The position numbers were made by a program, and so were the translations under genes. The notes under the pieces were generated by a model. That model saw only the letters and a program-made list of their open reading frames with translations. It was not told the DNA's origin and ran no database searches. Positions 38,352 through 48,864 of a DNA stretch of 64,000 nt are shown here, piece after piece (positions within the stretch are counted from its first letter, which is position 1; each line of letters begins with the position of its first letter). The stretch comes from an uncultured virus (IMG/VR IMGVR_UViG_3300037234_000959) (lineage: Duplodnaviria; Heunggongvirae; Uroviricota; Caudoviricetes), in IMG/VR virus record IMGVR_UViG_3300037234_000959. One strand, written 5' to 3'.

Positions 38352-39873
38352 TTAGAGTTCATCCGCCAGGTTAATAGAAGTCTGGTCGGTTGTATCAATC
38401 ACTATAGCCGCCTGTTTAAGAACTTTCGACTTTACATCATACTTGCACCCCTTGACAAGAGTAATTTCAAGGTGACCATCGATGTCGGTCTTAAACTCTT
38501 TGCCCGATGGATCAATGATATTCCCACTTACCGCCTTTGGTGGGTTCTTCAGCTCCACCGTGAAAGCGACATCCGCTGAGACCTCAACACCGATATCAAT
38601 GAGGTCTATGATAAGCAAGCAGGCATCAGGATTGCCAGGCTGAGGTATAAGGACCGTATCGCCATAGTAGGTATGGGTGGCATTACCGTCAACGACCATA
38701 ATTGCCGGCGTGGGGGTGAATGTCCAGCCCGCTTTCTGGAAGATCAGCGCATACGTGCCGTCATCTCTTCCTATTGCCCGCTGCCCGTTCGCGTCGGTAC
38801 CAACCCTCCCCATGTATAAAGAAAGACCTTCATTGTGTACGGATATGTCCGCATCAGCGATAGGCGTTGTCCCGCCAGTTTCATACAATTGGATGGTAAC
38901 AGCACGGGAGCCGGTGAGTATCTGGGCAGATTCAACCGTAACCGATAGCATTACCCGCCTATGCGACGATGGGTCTGTGTCATTGATGTGGTTTGCACCG
39001 TATGTCGCATCAGCTTGCGTTATTTCGAAGTATGCAAACTTTGCCGTCAACTTGCCTACGGGAAGAGCATCACCTGCGGCCGTTGCATTAATCCAGAAAT
39101 AATAGATTCCTGTTGATGCCCGCGTCAGCAGTTGCGGGAGGTTCACCTGAGGAGCGTGGTGACATAGATTCATGGTACCCAATGGGGTGCCGACATTGTC
39201 CGCAAACATTGCGATCTTGTTGTCGTTGATATCTGTAAAAATCGCACCTACGCCATTATAGAACCTTGGGTTGACTCCCGGATCCGTGATATCCGCCGGG
39301 TCAAAAAGATTGCTGTTTGCATCGGTGATAAGAACATCAATCTTAATGTAATTATCGCCGTCCTGTATCTGCTTAATGTCGGTAAGGTTTGTCTGGAGAT
39401 GCTCAGTTATGCCCAGGTTGTTCACCCTACTGTTTGTAGCCGCAGTTATGTCGGATATTGCCGGCAGGCTATCGGTGGCCTCATTAAACGTGCCGTCCCC
39501 CAAGTTGACCTCTGCCTTTGCGGTAGCATTCATTGTATCGGGGCGAAAAAGACCACGCAACCAATTGCCCATGGAGGTTATGCCTGCGAATATGGAGAGG
39601 ATACTTGCCAGTGTTGTCTGTCTTGCCAGATCATTATCGGCCGGGCTGAATATACCAACGACAAAATTCTCAGGGCTAGCCGTCTCATAAATATAATAAT
39701 CAGTATCTTCGGTTATATTCGGGTTTGTAAGTTTGTATATTCCTCCCCCGCGCTCAGTTAATGTCATACCTGTTTGAGATACAGCGGCATTGTTCGATAT
39801 CTTCTTACACCACTCAACCGTAATATCGGCAAAATCAAGTTCTGTATTACCTAATTTTATAATGTCATGTGCC
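38352..39873 (-). CDS. Putative virion structural protein with Ig/transthyretin-like domains
   Basis: Likely start MAHD after AAGGAG; TDANG...G.Y motif. Confidence 0.55.
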
Positions 39874-41271
39874 ATGTATTCTCCTTGATCGTTGTGGTGA
39901 GTAATCTCCGCGTATTTTACGATTGCCATAATAAGAGTTTGGATGCCAAACTTCTTCTGCTCCTTCCGTATATTCAAACTTCAAAAAAGGCGGGTCGCCA
40001 GCACCTTCACTTGAATAGAATTGCTCATATTCCCCCGCTACTGCGTCGTCCGTTCTCCAAAGAAACCCATAGTTAGTTGAAGGGTTCTCTATCATATCCT
40101 GCAAGGTTGCTGGCGTTAAATCAAATGTATGAGTTCCGGATGAACCTACAAAAGTGGTGGACTCTGGAATTGTTTGATAGTCTACTCCTGCCGTCCGACA
40201 CCCCTCACTATCCCAGGGAACGGTGTTGAACTTCCTCCAATTAAAACAGGGTTCGTCAATTCCTGCTGTCGTACCATCTTTTGTTCCATCTACCCAATCA
40301 CCAGCTAGAATTCTATGGATTTTGTGATTATAGCCATTACCACTCCTGCCAGATGAAGTAGCCCCCAGATGCCCTGATAATATAGTAATGCCTAAACCTG
40401 AATATGCGGTCAAATCTGTATTACTTAGTATATCTGATTCATTTGCGCCAGCTACAAATCTATGCGTCCACATTATAGGTGTAGCTCCATAGTTTTTATC
40501 AAGATTCAGAGCGAAGTTAGATAATAGAGTTTCAATGAAAGTACCGCTAACACCATCAATGGTGAAATAAGGGTCAACCTTTACTGGAGCAGCAGCTTGT
40601 CTAAGCCATGAGATATCCACAATCCGCTTAATAATAGTCTGTCTGCCGCCCTCAACAGAACCAAGATCCAGTACGACTTCTCCTCTCTCGCCGTTAGCAT
40701 CCTCTGCCCATGGCGCATGTATCATGATCGGTTCGGGGCCATCAAGGAGTATGCCGCCATTGACCTCTTTATAGGTATATCCGCCGCCAAGTTCCTCAAT
40801 ACTGAACTTAAAACTATCAGGCGCGTTTAAAGGGTCGTCAAGCACCATTACAACAGCAACACCCTTATACGTCGGAGTATGCTCAATAGTCACACCTTTC
40901 TGGGCCTTAAATTTTGGCTTATTATCAGTGATCGATTCGAATGAACAGTTCGCCCCTTCATACCTTAGGCGTATGCCTGTGCCGGATTCATATTGGAGTG
41001 TTACTTCATGTTTGTTTAAAGATGAAGGATTGACAAAAGAGAGGTTGCCATATCTCCCTTCATTAACGCGCCAAGGGTTTCTATCTCCAATCCTCTCAGT
41101 AAGGCCCATATCACAAGGAACAAAGAGTCCGCTATTTTTGTCCCTTTTATTAAGGCCATTTTGGAGGATCGCCCTGATAATGGGAGACTCCACACCCGTC
41201 TTAATATCTTTGTGCGTCCTGCCCGTGATGATCTCGTTTATATCCAGATCTTTATGAAAAATTTGCGGCAT
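39865..41271 (-). CDS. DNRLRE/CBM96-like domain virion protein
   Basis: NYG...NYGFL...FYSSE...P.L...Y pattern; APWAEDANG. Confidence 0.6.
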   Translation of the reverse strand: MPQIFHKDLDINEIITGRTHKDIKTGVESPIIRAILQNGLNKRDKNSGLFVPCDMGLTERIGDRNPWRVNEGRYGNLSFVNPSSLNKHEVTLQYESGTGIRLRYEGANCSFESITDNKPKFKAQKGVTIEHTPTYKGVAVVMVLDDPLNAPDSFKFSIEELGGGYTYKEVNGGILLDGPEPIMIHAPWAEDANGERGEVVLDLGSVEGGRQTIIKRIVDISWLRQAAAPVKVDPYFTIDGVSGTFIETLLSNFALNLDKNYGATPIMWTHRFVAGANESDILSNTDLTAYSGLGITILSGHLGATSSGRSGNGYNHKIHRILAGDWVDGTKDGTTAGIDEPCFNWRKFNTVPWDSEGCRTAGVDYQTIPESTTFVGSSGTHTFDLTPATLQDMIENPSTNYGFLWRTDDAVAGEYEQFYSSEGAGDPPFLKFEYTEGAEEVWHPNSYYGNRKIRGDYSPQRSRRIHGT

Positions 41272-44200
41272 TATACCTTTACCCGCTTAAGCAAAAACAA
41301 CCCTCTCCCTTCAACCATCTCCATAGCCTTCTTCAAAGTCTTTTCCTTCTTAATCAACCTAAAGAGGTTTTCCATCACCTTGTTGATTTTATTCCTCTCC
41401 ACTCCCTCAGGATAAGGGAAGACCTGCTCCCACTCTCCTTTTTCGTTCGGCATGACCTGCCCCACGTTACTGGCATGACCGACCAGGTAGGTATTCGTCC
41501 GGCCAGTCTTCTTGAGTTTATCTTCCATAAAACCCTCGAAGGATCTGGCTGCCATCTCTTTAGGTGACGACCAGTAGGAGGACTTGCGGCCTTCCAGTTC
41601 TTCTATGCGCCTGGCGCTGGCGAGGAACTTGCTCCCACGGGAAGCAGGGTCAACAAATGTACCCTTACTCCCCTTGTGGTGGGCAACAGACATCTCTCGG
41701 AAAAGTTTGTAATTCTTGTCCGCTTTTTTCCCCGAACCAAACCTTCCTTCAGTGCGAAGTTCATGTAGCTTATCAATAGCACCTTGCAGGTTTTTAGCAT
41801 CTTTAATTGTATGAAAAGCGGAGCCAGCCCTGTTAGAGGGGGAGGTCCTAGCCTCAAGCTGACTCTTCCAGTGATCACGCTCTCTATCGGTCAAGGTAAC
41901 GGTTTGTTTCTGTCCATGTTCGCCTGCGGTCATGATTTCAACCAGATCGCCGAACGCCTTTTGGACAGGGGTTGATTGCATTTCCTTAGAAGTATCGGTA
42001 CTGAACGTTATCGTTCCACTCCCCACTGCACCCCTATCGACTTCACCGGCTATGTGATCAACAGCGTGAAACCATTCATGACTAAGGGACCCGCCCCCTT
42101 TCATCTTCGTCAGATTGATAGCCATATACTGGCTTTCGTAATGAGCGGCCGCCTTTGACAGGCCCTGCCCTCTGGCACCAAATGCCATAGAAAGCCTGTT
42201 ATTCATAGAAATGTCCTTGTCGGGGATACTGAGCATGTCCGCCATATCCTGAAAAGCCATTGCGCACTGCTCTACATGAAACTTGGCAGAATTGACATCC
42301 TTAAGTACCCAGTTTCCGGACTGTACGTTTTTAAGCTTAAACTGTTTCTGGAGCTCTTCCGTTGTGTTTGAGACAAGCGGACTTCCCCCCGTGCGCTCTA
42401 TATGATCGGCTACGGCAAGCTGAAAGCGGACATTTTGCTTTGTCCCCTTCTTAACCGTGCTCTCTCCCTTGGCAAAGGAGTAATCCTTAACCCTGCCGAC
42501 ACGGGCGGCGGAAACATGTTTACCGAATGCATCAGAGCCCTTAAAGCTGCGGAATTTAACGACAGCGTAAAACTTCTTGCCCAACGCTAGATTGCCACGG
42601 GTGAGGATATTGTCTTCCACATTCCGGCGCTTAACGACCTCCCGAAAGAGTCTCATTTCTGCCTGCGCTTCTCCGGACTTTTTGTAATGGGAGTCCATTG
42701 TCTTCTGATTTTTCTTACGCCATGCAGCATCGATGTCAAATAACTTATTTACTTTCTTATCGAGTACCTTAAATTTTTTCTCCAATTCTGGATCAGCTTT
42801 CCATCCTCTACGGGTTCTCGCCTGCCGCTCATAATTCATACTATCACGTTCCTTAGATGGCCCGTAGTAGGCGCCCCACACCTTGTCGTGTTCTTCACGC
42901 AAATCACGGTATTTGTTCCAAGCGTTACTATGCTTCCCGTCTAGCTTCTTATATGTCTTTACCTCTTCAGGGTTTAGAACAAAACCATCAACCTCCTCTT
43001 CAATCTCCTTGAGATTTTTCATTACATCGTCAATGGTCTTGACCTTCTCCATTCTATCCTTCAGCGAATTAATGCCAAAGACGAAATCTTCCCTCAACTG
43101 CGGCAAGTCATCTGGACGGATAGCAACAGCCGTGTATATTTTCTGGATGAGGAAGGCGGCGCCGGGCTCTACTCCTCGCTTTTCCATCTCATCGAAGGTT
43201 GAGGCTCCGAAGACGTTCTGCTTATTAATAAGGTTATAGGCCTCCTTCGGGTTTTCCTCCAAAGACATCCAGTCAAGATCAGGCCCCCTGAGTCCTCGCT
43301 TATCCCGGATGAACGATCTTATCTGCAGAAGGGCTTGCTCCTTCCTGGACCCCGGGATATTCCCAACATCCTTAAACCGATAGTCTTTAGACCGATAGTC
43401 AAGGTCATCTTCAGGGGCAGTCTTTTTTGTCCTAATGTCGGTATGTTCTCTTACTTGGACAATCTTGCCTGCCTTGGTTTTCCGAGTGTGGGCCTTTACC
43501 CGAGATTTCATAAGAAAAAGACCTGATGCCATTTCTACGATTGACTTAGTTATTCTTGGCCTCCCTAAGGGGCGACCCATCCATGAATCTGTACCACGGT
43601 CAACCATCACAGATTCACGAACTGAGTAGGGTTCATTATTGTTAAAAAATATTGCATCGGTAGCAACTTTACCCTGAACGGCCTCTATGATATTTTTTCT
43701 CATTGCATCGGTTAGCTTGTCGGATCTATTGGCAGTCATGATAACCTCAGGGGATCCAAACTCTCTTGCTCTACCCCTCAGATAATCAGCGAGCCCTTCC
43801 TTATTCTTGGACATGCCTACTGGTATTTCCTGTATGCCCCTAATTTTTCCATCTGAACCACGGTAAAAGACGTTAATGAAATCATCAGGTGTTTTTAAAT
43901 CCTTGGCAAACCTTATAACATCTTCTTGTCCGCTGATCTTTTTTCCGAGCAAAGGATGAGGAAGCGACGGCTCTATAAATGTATCGACCTTTTCTTCAAG
44001 CTTAAATGTTTCCGGCTCCTTGGTCAACCTTACTTCACCGGGAAGATGGGCTACACCTATAGTGGAATATTCATTTGAATTAATAATCACATGCCCCTTT
44101 ATCTCGGGAATACGATCGATAAGATAACTGGTTAATTGTACATCTGCCCCGGACGGCTTTGACCGGCCGCTGGGATGGTTATGTAGAAGCCACACGCTAT

Positions 44201-44741
44201 CAGCGCCAAGTCGCTTGATCCTGTCTTTTAACTCGTGGACTTCTTTTGCTGGTTCTTTGGCAAAGGCTATTACCATGCCAGGCATACGACTTGTCCTCCC
44301 TTCGTGGCCTACAACCTTACCTTCCTTTGTATATATATAGCGGGTGGTTTCAAATTGTGGATTCCGGTAGACCTGTGCGAGTACCGCGATATCTTCAGCG
44401 TTTTTAGCCTCACGACCACGGAGATCTATATATCCCTTGTTCGCCAGTTCCGACGTTATGCCCACACCGAGAGTCTTAACGCCTCCCTTGCGCACCTTTT
44501 TTTCCATTCGATGGGTAGCGGCAAGAGCCTCAGCTGCTATCTGCAGGTTGAGCTTATCCTTTTTGTAGACCTCATGGTTATCGGAAAGATACTTTGCCGC
44601 AAGGGATGGGGAAGAAAGTTGGTGGGATTCCGCCTTTTTGGTTCTGCTATCCTCATGCTCTTTTACGAGAACAACCTTGCCACTTTTTAGCCTGCGGGAA
44701 TGCCCCTTAACACGCGATTTCAATAGCAGAGGAAAAAACAT
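41271..44741 (-). CDS. Large polyvalent protein: JAB/RadC plus LPD1/zincin-like
   Basis: HNHPSG...PS.AD JAB; AFGARG...AHYE...HEWFH; YWS...EM.AR.FE...YP.G.ER LPD1. Confidence 0.75.
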   Translation of the reverse strand: MFFPLLLKSRVKGHSRRLKSGKVVLVKEHEDSRTKKAESHQLSSPSLAAKYLSDNHEVYKKDKLNLQIAAEALAATHRMEKKVRKGGVKTLGVGITSELANKGYIDLRGREAKNAEDIAVLAQVYRNPQFETTRYIYTKEGKVVGHEGRTSRMPGMVIAFAKEPAKEVHELKDRIKRLGADSVWLLHNHPSGRSKPSGADVQLTSYLIDRIPEIKGHVIINSNEYSTIGVAHLPGEVRLTKEPETFKLEEKVDTFIEPSLPHPLLGKKISGQEDVIRFAKDLKTPDDFINVFYRGSDGKIRGIQEIPVGMSKNKEGLADYLRGRAREFGSPEVIMTANRSDKLTDAMRKNIIEAVQGKVATDAIFFNNNEPYSVRESVMVDRGTDSWMGRPLGRPRITKSIVEMASGLFLMKSRVKAHTRKTKAGKIVQVREHTDIRTKKTAPEDDLDYRSKDYRFKDVGNIPGSRKEQALLQIRSFIRDKRGLRGPDLDWMSLEENPKEAYNLINKQNVFGASTFDEMEKRGVEPGAAFLIQKIYTAVAIRPDDLPQLREDFVFGINSLKDRMEKVKTIDDVMKNLKEIEEEVDGFVLNPEEVKTYKKLDGKHSNAWNKYRDLREEHDKVWGAYYGPSKERDSMNYERQARTRRGWKADPELEKKFKVLDKKVNKLFDIDAAWRKKNQKTMDSHYKKSGEAQAEMRLFREVVKRRNVEDNILTRGNLALGKKFYAVVKFRSFKGSDAFGKHVSAARVGRVKDYSFAKGESTVKKGTKQNVRFQLAVADHIERTGGSPLVSNTTEELQKQFKLKNVQSGNWVLKDVNSAKFHVEQCAMAFQDMADMLSIPDKDISMNNRLSMAFGARGQGLSKAAAHYESQYMAINLTKMKGGGSLSHEWFHAVDHIAGEVDRGAVGSGTITFSTDTSKEMQSTPVQKAFGDLVEIMTAGEHGQKQTVTLTDRERDHWKSQLEARTSPSNRAGSAFHTIKDAKNLQGAIDKLHELRTEGRFGSGKKADKNYKLFREMSVAHHKGSKGTFVDPASRGSKFLASARRIEELEGRKSSYWSSPKEMAARSFEGFMEDKLKKTGRTNTYLVGHASNVGQVMPNEKGEWEQVFPYPEGVERNKINKVMENLFRLIKKEKTLKKAMEMVEGRGLFLLKRVKV

Positions 44742-45131
44742 CTATGCCCTCCCAGTTACTTTTTTAATTAACAAACCAGCGCCCCTCATCATATGACCAA
44801 TACTCCCCTTTCGGGCAAACTGCCCTTTGTGACCCCTTGCGTCATGACGTTCAGGCTCCTTTGGCGGCTCTCCGCTTTGCTGCTCGGTAAGACTATTGCA
44901 GTAATCAACGGTCGCCTTCAGGCCCGCAACAGCCTCCTTCAATTGTTCACGGGATTCGAGTAGGTCACTATCATCTGGCGCCTTAGCCAATTTTTTGTCC
45001 ACGCCTTTGAGTAAGGAGACGGCCGCATCGTATTTCTTATTGACCCTCTGGAGATCCTTAAGAACCATAGATACTTCGTTAGCGGTCTCATCCCTACGCT
45101 TATGTAGCTTTCTTGTTACCGTATTTTTCAC
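44742..45131 (-). CDS. Coiled-coil hypothetical protein
   Basis: AAGGAG RBS; ends GLLIKKV. Confidence 0.55.
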   Translation of the reverse strand: MKNTVTRKLHKRRDETANEVSMVLKDLQRVNKKYDAAVSLLKGVDKKLAKAPDDSDLLESREQLKEAVAGLKATVDYCNSLTEQQSGEPPKEPERHDARGHKGQFARKGSIGHMMRGAGLLIKKVTGRA

Positions 45132-45267
45132 AGTTTGCTCCTTTTACAATATGAGCTTTCTTCCTTCATCATGCTTTACACGCCCTGATTTGATGCAATC
45201 GGCCATATGTAGAAACGCTTCCCCCGGTTTTCCTTTTCCGTCATCAAGGAAAAATGTCTTTAAGATA

Positions 45268-45681
45268 TTATTTTTTCTTAAACTTATCAATTGCACCCTG
45301 AACACCGTAATATCCGAAGTAAAAGACTATTGCAGCAAAGAAGGCTGCACCGATCTTCAGGGCCGTGTTTAACTTCAATAGAAATTCTGCCCACTCTTTA
45401 TTAAACATCCAAGCCGTGCCGATGACAAAAAGTTGTAACAGTTGCGCCTTGACTATCAGGAAAGCTATTTCACGCCGCGCCTTGCTTCTTTCAGAATTCT
45501 GTTCCATGTTCAATTTCTGAAATTCAAGAAACTGATCCATGCCTTTCTGACTATATTGAATCTTCTCTTCTTCTGTCAGAATCAAAACATCAATTGCACT
45601 TCTGATGTCTCCAACAGTATCAATAGCAGCATCTGCAGCCTTGCTGCCAGAATTCAACCAGGTTAAAGGGTTCCAGTTCAT
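45268..45681 (-). CDS. Holin-like membrane protein (3TM-holin-like)
   Basis: T.EEK motif, two TM helices, FYFG. Confidence 0.6.
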   Translation of the reverse strand: MNWNPLTWLNSGSKAADAAIDTVGDIRSAIDVLILTEEEKIQYSQKGMDQFLEFQKLNMEQNSERSKARREIAFLIVKAQLLQLFVIGTAWMFNKEWAEFLLKLNTALKIGAAFFAAIVFYFGYYGVQGAIDKFKKK

Positions 45682-45905
45682 TTCTCTTCCCCGCTGACCT
45701 GCACTCCCATCTTTTGTTCCGCAATCTTCTGCAGCACTTTAGGACAGAACGCACCGACAAGATATGCCGTGAATATATAGATCCCGTTACTGGCATCTGC
45801 CGGATTTTTATATACGATGTAGCATCCGGTCACAATCGCAGCAACAAGACATGTGAAACTCATGATACGCAAACTTGAAACATTACCGTTATCTTCTTTA
45901 AACAT
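45678..45905 (-). CDS. Two-TM holin-like protein
   Basis: EDNG.VSSLR.M, two TM helices, K.LQK.AE. Confidence 0.65.
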   Translation of the reverse strand: MFKEDNGNVSSLRIMSFTCLVAAIVTGCYIVYKNPADASNGIYIFTAYLVGAFCPKVLQKIAEQKMGVQVSGEEK

Positions 45906-45907
45906 AA

Positions 45908-46561
45908 TCAATCTCCCTTTTTCATACCAAATTTGATAGTTAACAAAAAACCACATTCATTCTCTATGGTGCCGATTAAGGACCGGTACTCTCTCAAGCA
46001 ATAAATTTTGCCAACACCTTTGGTATACGGTACTACGGAACTAACCTTATATTTTTCGATATAATCACCTGAATCATTGATATCGGGCTGGTAGTAGTAG
46101 GTGGCCTTCACAATATCCCTATAAGCGTATACAGGTCGATGCGAAGCCCTTACCTTGCCTTTGCCTGTAACATGGTCATAATCATACAATACGCCCGTGC
46201 TGAAAGACAAAACATGGTCACCTTGTAATATATAATACTTAGGCCCTACGCCCAGGTAATTATTTCTTGTTTCTTTAATATTGTTATAATTAGCAACATT
46301 AAAAAACCATGTCTTCCAATTATCATTTATCGGGCGATCATAGTAGATCTTCAGTGAGCCCTTGTCCTTGGTTACGATATCATCTTCAGCATGAGCGTAC
46401 TCAGCCTTTAATTGGATAGCTTCTATTGAACCCGATAAAGAAACATCATATTCATGCCCGTTTATAGGTTTGGTCAATTTGACTTCCAGTGTTGCCCCGG
46501 AGGAGAAAGAAGGGGCTAATAATAAAGCGATCAGCAATAAGAGACTAAACTTCATTTTCAC
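45908..46561 (-). CDS. Secreted outer-membrane beta-barrel-like protein (DUF481-like)
   Basis: Signal peptide; aromatic beta-strand pattern, G.G.KYY, YYQP. Confidence 0.55.
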   Translation of the reverse strand: MKMKFSLLLLIALLLAPSFSSGATLEVKLTKPINGHEYDVSLSGSIEAIQLKAEYAHAEDDIVTKDKGSLKIYYDRPINDNWKTWFFNVANYNNIKETRNNYLGVGPKYYILQGDHVLSFSTGVLYDYDHVTGKGKVRASHRPVYAYRDIVKATYYYQPDINDSGDYIEKYKVSSVVPYTKGVGKIYCLREYRSLIGTIENECGFLLTIKFGMKKGD

Positions 46562-46964
46562 CGGTTCTCATAATATCAGCCAATTCAGTAGCTCGTTTCC
46601 CCACCTGATTCGCCCACTTACTATCAAGCATCTGCTTTGAAGCCTCTTCATAGTCTCCGACATTTAGCGCAGCCCACATTTTCTTGAATTGGCCTAATCT
46701 TTTTATGCCCATATTGAAGCACATGTTTACAAGAACATTGTGTCGTTCGAAAGACAATACTTTTATTATCGGATAAACGAGGTTAAGTTCCTGATTGCAT
46801 ATCACGATATCGTTATGGAGTAGGTACATGGCCTCGTCTTTCGAGATACCTCTATCATCCAGGTTCCTGCCTATCGCTATAGTCAGCTTGTTTGCGGAAC
46901 ACCTGTAAGGGAACTGCCTGTATCCCTCATGTCTCAACAATTGCTCCTCTAGTGTTTCGTTCAT
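46545..46964 (-). CDS. T4-type (GH24) lysozyme
   Basis: HEG.R..PY.CS..KLTI.IGRNL, M.FNMG, MLDS.WA.QV..RA. Confidence 0.9.
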   Translation of the reverse strand: MNETLEEQLLRHEGYRQFPYRCSANKLTIAIGRNLDDRGISKDEAMYLLHNDIVICNQELNLVYPIIKVLSFERHNVLVNMCFNMGIKRLGQFKKMWAALNVGDYEEASKQMLDSKWANQVGKRATELADIMRTGENEV

Positions 46965-46978
46965 ATATACCTCCTTGG

Positions 46979-47419
46979 TTAATTCTTGCATCCTATCTTT
47001 TCAAGCACTTTAACCAGAGCATCAAAGTTCTTTTGGTTCTGATCTATATTTGCTTGATACTGTTCAAATGCAACCTTATTATGGATGATCAGCTGCTTCT
47101 CTAAAGAACTCATGCTGATATCACGTTCCTTGCTTAGTTGTTTTAGGGCGGAAGAGAAGCGATCCCCTATTAACCCCAGGTCTTTATCAAACTCTTCAAC
47201 TATCTCTTTAATATCTGCCTTTACTTCAAGCCGAAGTTCTTTTACACCACCATAGTGATTATCATTACGAATCTCACACTCATGACCAGTTACTACATTG
47301 GAGATCTTTCGATTAAGATCCCAAATCCACCTGCCGTACAGGCCAAGCGTTAATGACATCAAGCCTATAGATATACCGATGACCCATAAAAGTAGTCCTA
47401 CCTGGGCTTGGATCTCCAT
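46979..47419 (-). CDS. N-terminal TM plus coiled-coil protein
   Basis: Single TM helix; upstream of lysozyme. Confidence 0.6.
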   Translation of the reverse strand: MEIQAQVGLLLWVIGISIGLMSLTLGLYGRWIWDLNRKISNVVTGHECEIRNDNHYGGVKELRLEVKADIKEIVEEFDKDLGLIGDRFSSALKQLSKERDISMSSLEKQLIIHNKVAFEQYQANIDQNQKNFDALVKVLEKIGCKN

Positions 47420-47541
47420 CTCTCGCTTCCCCCTGTCTTAAGATTTATTGATTAAGAGCCAGAAGCCCCAAGAAGATACCATTGACAATAGCCATAAACC
47501 AATGTTCTTCATGTATTACCCGCGCTTTACCCTGCTAACCC

Positions 47542-47835
47542 TTAGGGGTTTAAAATCGCCTCTATCTGAGTTAACTGGCCCTCCGTTGCATCATACAACG
47601 CTCCGTGGATAGCATGTATTCTTGCAGCCCTGAGATTAGCCTCTGCCGCTGCCAATTCTGCAAGTATCCTTGCATTATAATATGACTCTCCGTTTGAATA
47701 TCCGGCAAATGCCGCAGATTTATCTACCGATGCGCGTTGACTTTCTGTGAGCGTACTATAGTCAAGAGCGAATACTTTTCCACTACACATCACCAATACC
47801 GCTAACATTAAACCAAGTATCTTAATCATCTTCAT
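47542..47835 (-). CDS. Signal-peptide protein
   Basis: MKMIKILGLMLAVLVMCSGKVFA. Confidence 0.65.
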   Translation of the reverse strand: MKMIKILGLMLAVLVMCSGKVFALDYSTLTESQRASVDKSAAFAGYSNGESYYNARILAELAAAEANLRAARIHAIHGALYDATEGQLTQIEAILNP

Positions 47836-47854
47836 ATTTTTGCTCCTTTATTAT

Positions 47855-48850
47855 TTAATTTCCTATTTTAAAGATATTCAATCCTAAATCGGATATATTC
47901 AATCTTACATTGTCTTTATTGGCTTTATATCGCAACGTCAACACGTCTCCGGCTTCTACGTTAAATTCTATAGGAAACGCTATAACAGCACTGGAAAAAG
48001 ATTCTATGAGTTTAACTTCATCTATATGTAATTTGTGCGAATCAGAACAAGCTACGTCATTATGTCGAATTGCTACTTCGAACGCTCCATTATCCACATA
48101 TTGACTAGCAGGGCCAATGGAAGCAAATTTCCAACTTACTCTCTCATAAGGTTCTACAGCTGCTCCTACATCCTCAAAGTCTTTTGCCAAAATGTTAGCA
48201 TCTACATGCAATCCAGTAGAATAATTTTTAAATAACACATTAGCCCAATGATTAGTATTATTACTCTGATAAGCACTCGTACCTATCACTATATAAGCGG
48301 GGTCAATTACATCACTAAAACCAATTCGTATTTCCATACACCCCGTACTGCCCGTACCACTCTCTATAGCTATTAAATCATCCCCATCACTGGCGTAAAG
48401 ATATCTGATAGAAGATTGAGTATCGAATACAGCGCTACCACTATCAGAAGTAATATTCCTATAAGTCGGCAATAGCTCTGGTCCTTTAGCCATTGAGCGC
48501 TTAATGTCATCGATTGCTGAATTATTCTTGAATACTGCCATTGTGATAGTAGATCCAGATGGGGCCTTAAAGGAGGCGTGTAATACTCCCACATATCTAC
48601 CTTCTAGTCCCGTGCCGAAAGTCATAGTCCCAGCACCTTCATCAATAGTTATCCCTATTGTAGCACTAGAAGATGTTACACCTGACCATTGGATGAAGAC
48701 TGTAGTAAGGGTTTGGAAAGTTCCATCTCCTCCATTATTGTCTTCATGCATATATGCACCCGGGGTATTGGTTATATAGGTGGCATTTGCTTTGCTTATA
48801 AATAAGGATAACACCATAAGCAAAATAACCAGTACTATTGTTTTTTTCAT
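47855..48850 (-). CDS. Signal-peptide beta-rich protein
   Basis: MKKTIVLVILLMVLSLFISKANA; C1q/BclA-like strands. Confidence 0.65.
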   Translation of the reverse strand: MKKTIVLVILLMVLSLFISKANATYITNTPGAYMHEDNNGGDGTFQTLTTVFIQWSGVTSSSATIGITIDEGAGTMTFGTGLEGRYVGVLHASFKAPSGSTITMAVFKNNSAIDDIKRSMAKGPELLPTYRNITSDSGSAVFDTQSSIRYLYASDGDDLIAIESGTGSTGCMEIRIGFSDVIDPAYIVIGTSAYQSNNTNHWANVLFKNYSTGLHVDANILAKDFEDVGAAVEPYERVSWKFASIGPASQYVDNGAFEVAIRHNDVACSDSHKLHIDEVKLIESFSSAVIAFPIEFNVEAGDVLTLRYKANKDNVRLNISDLGLNIFKIGN

Positions 48851-48864
48851 ATTAAATTCTCCCT

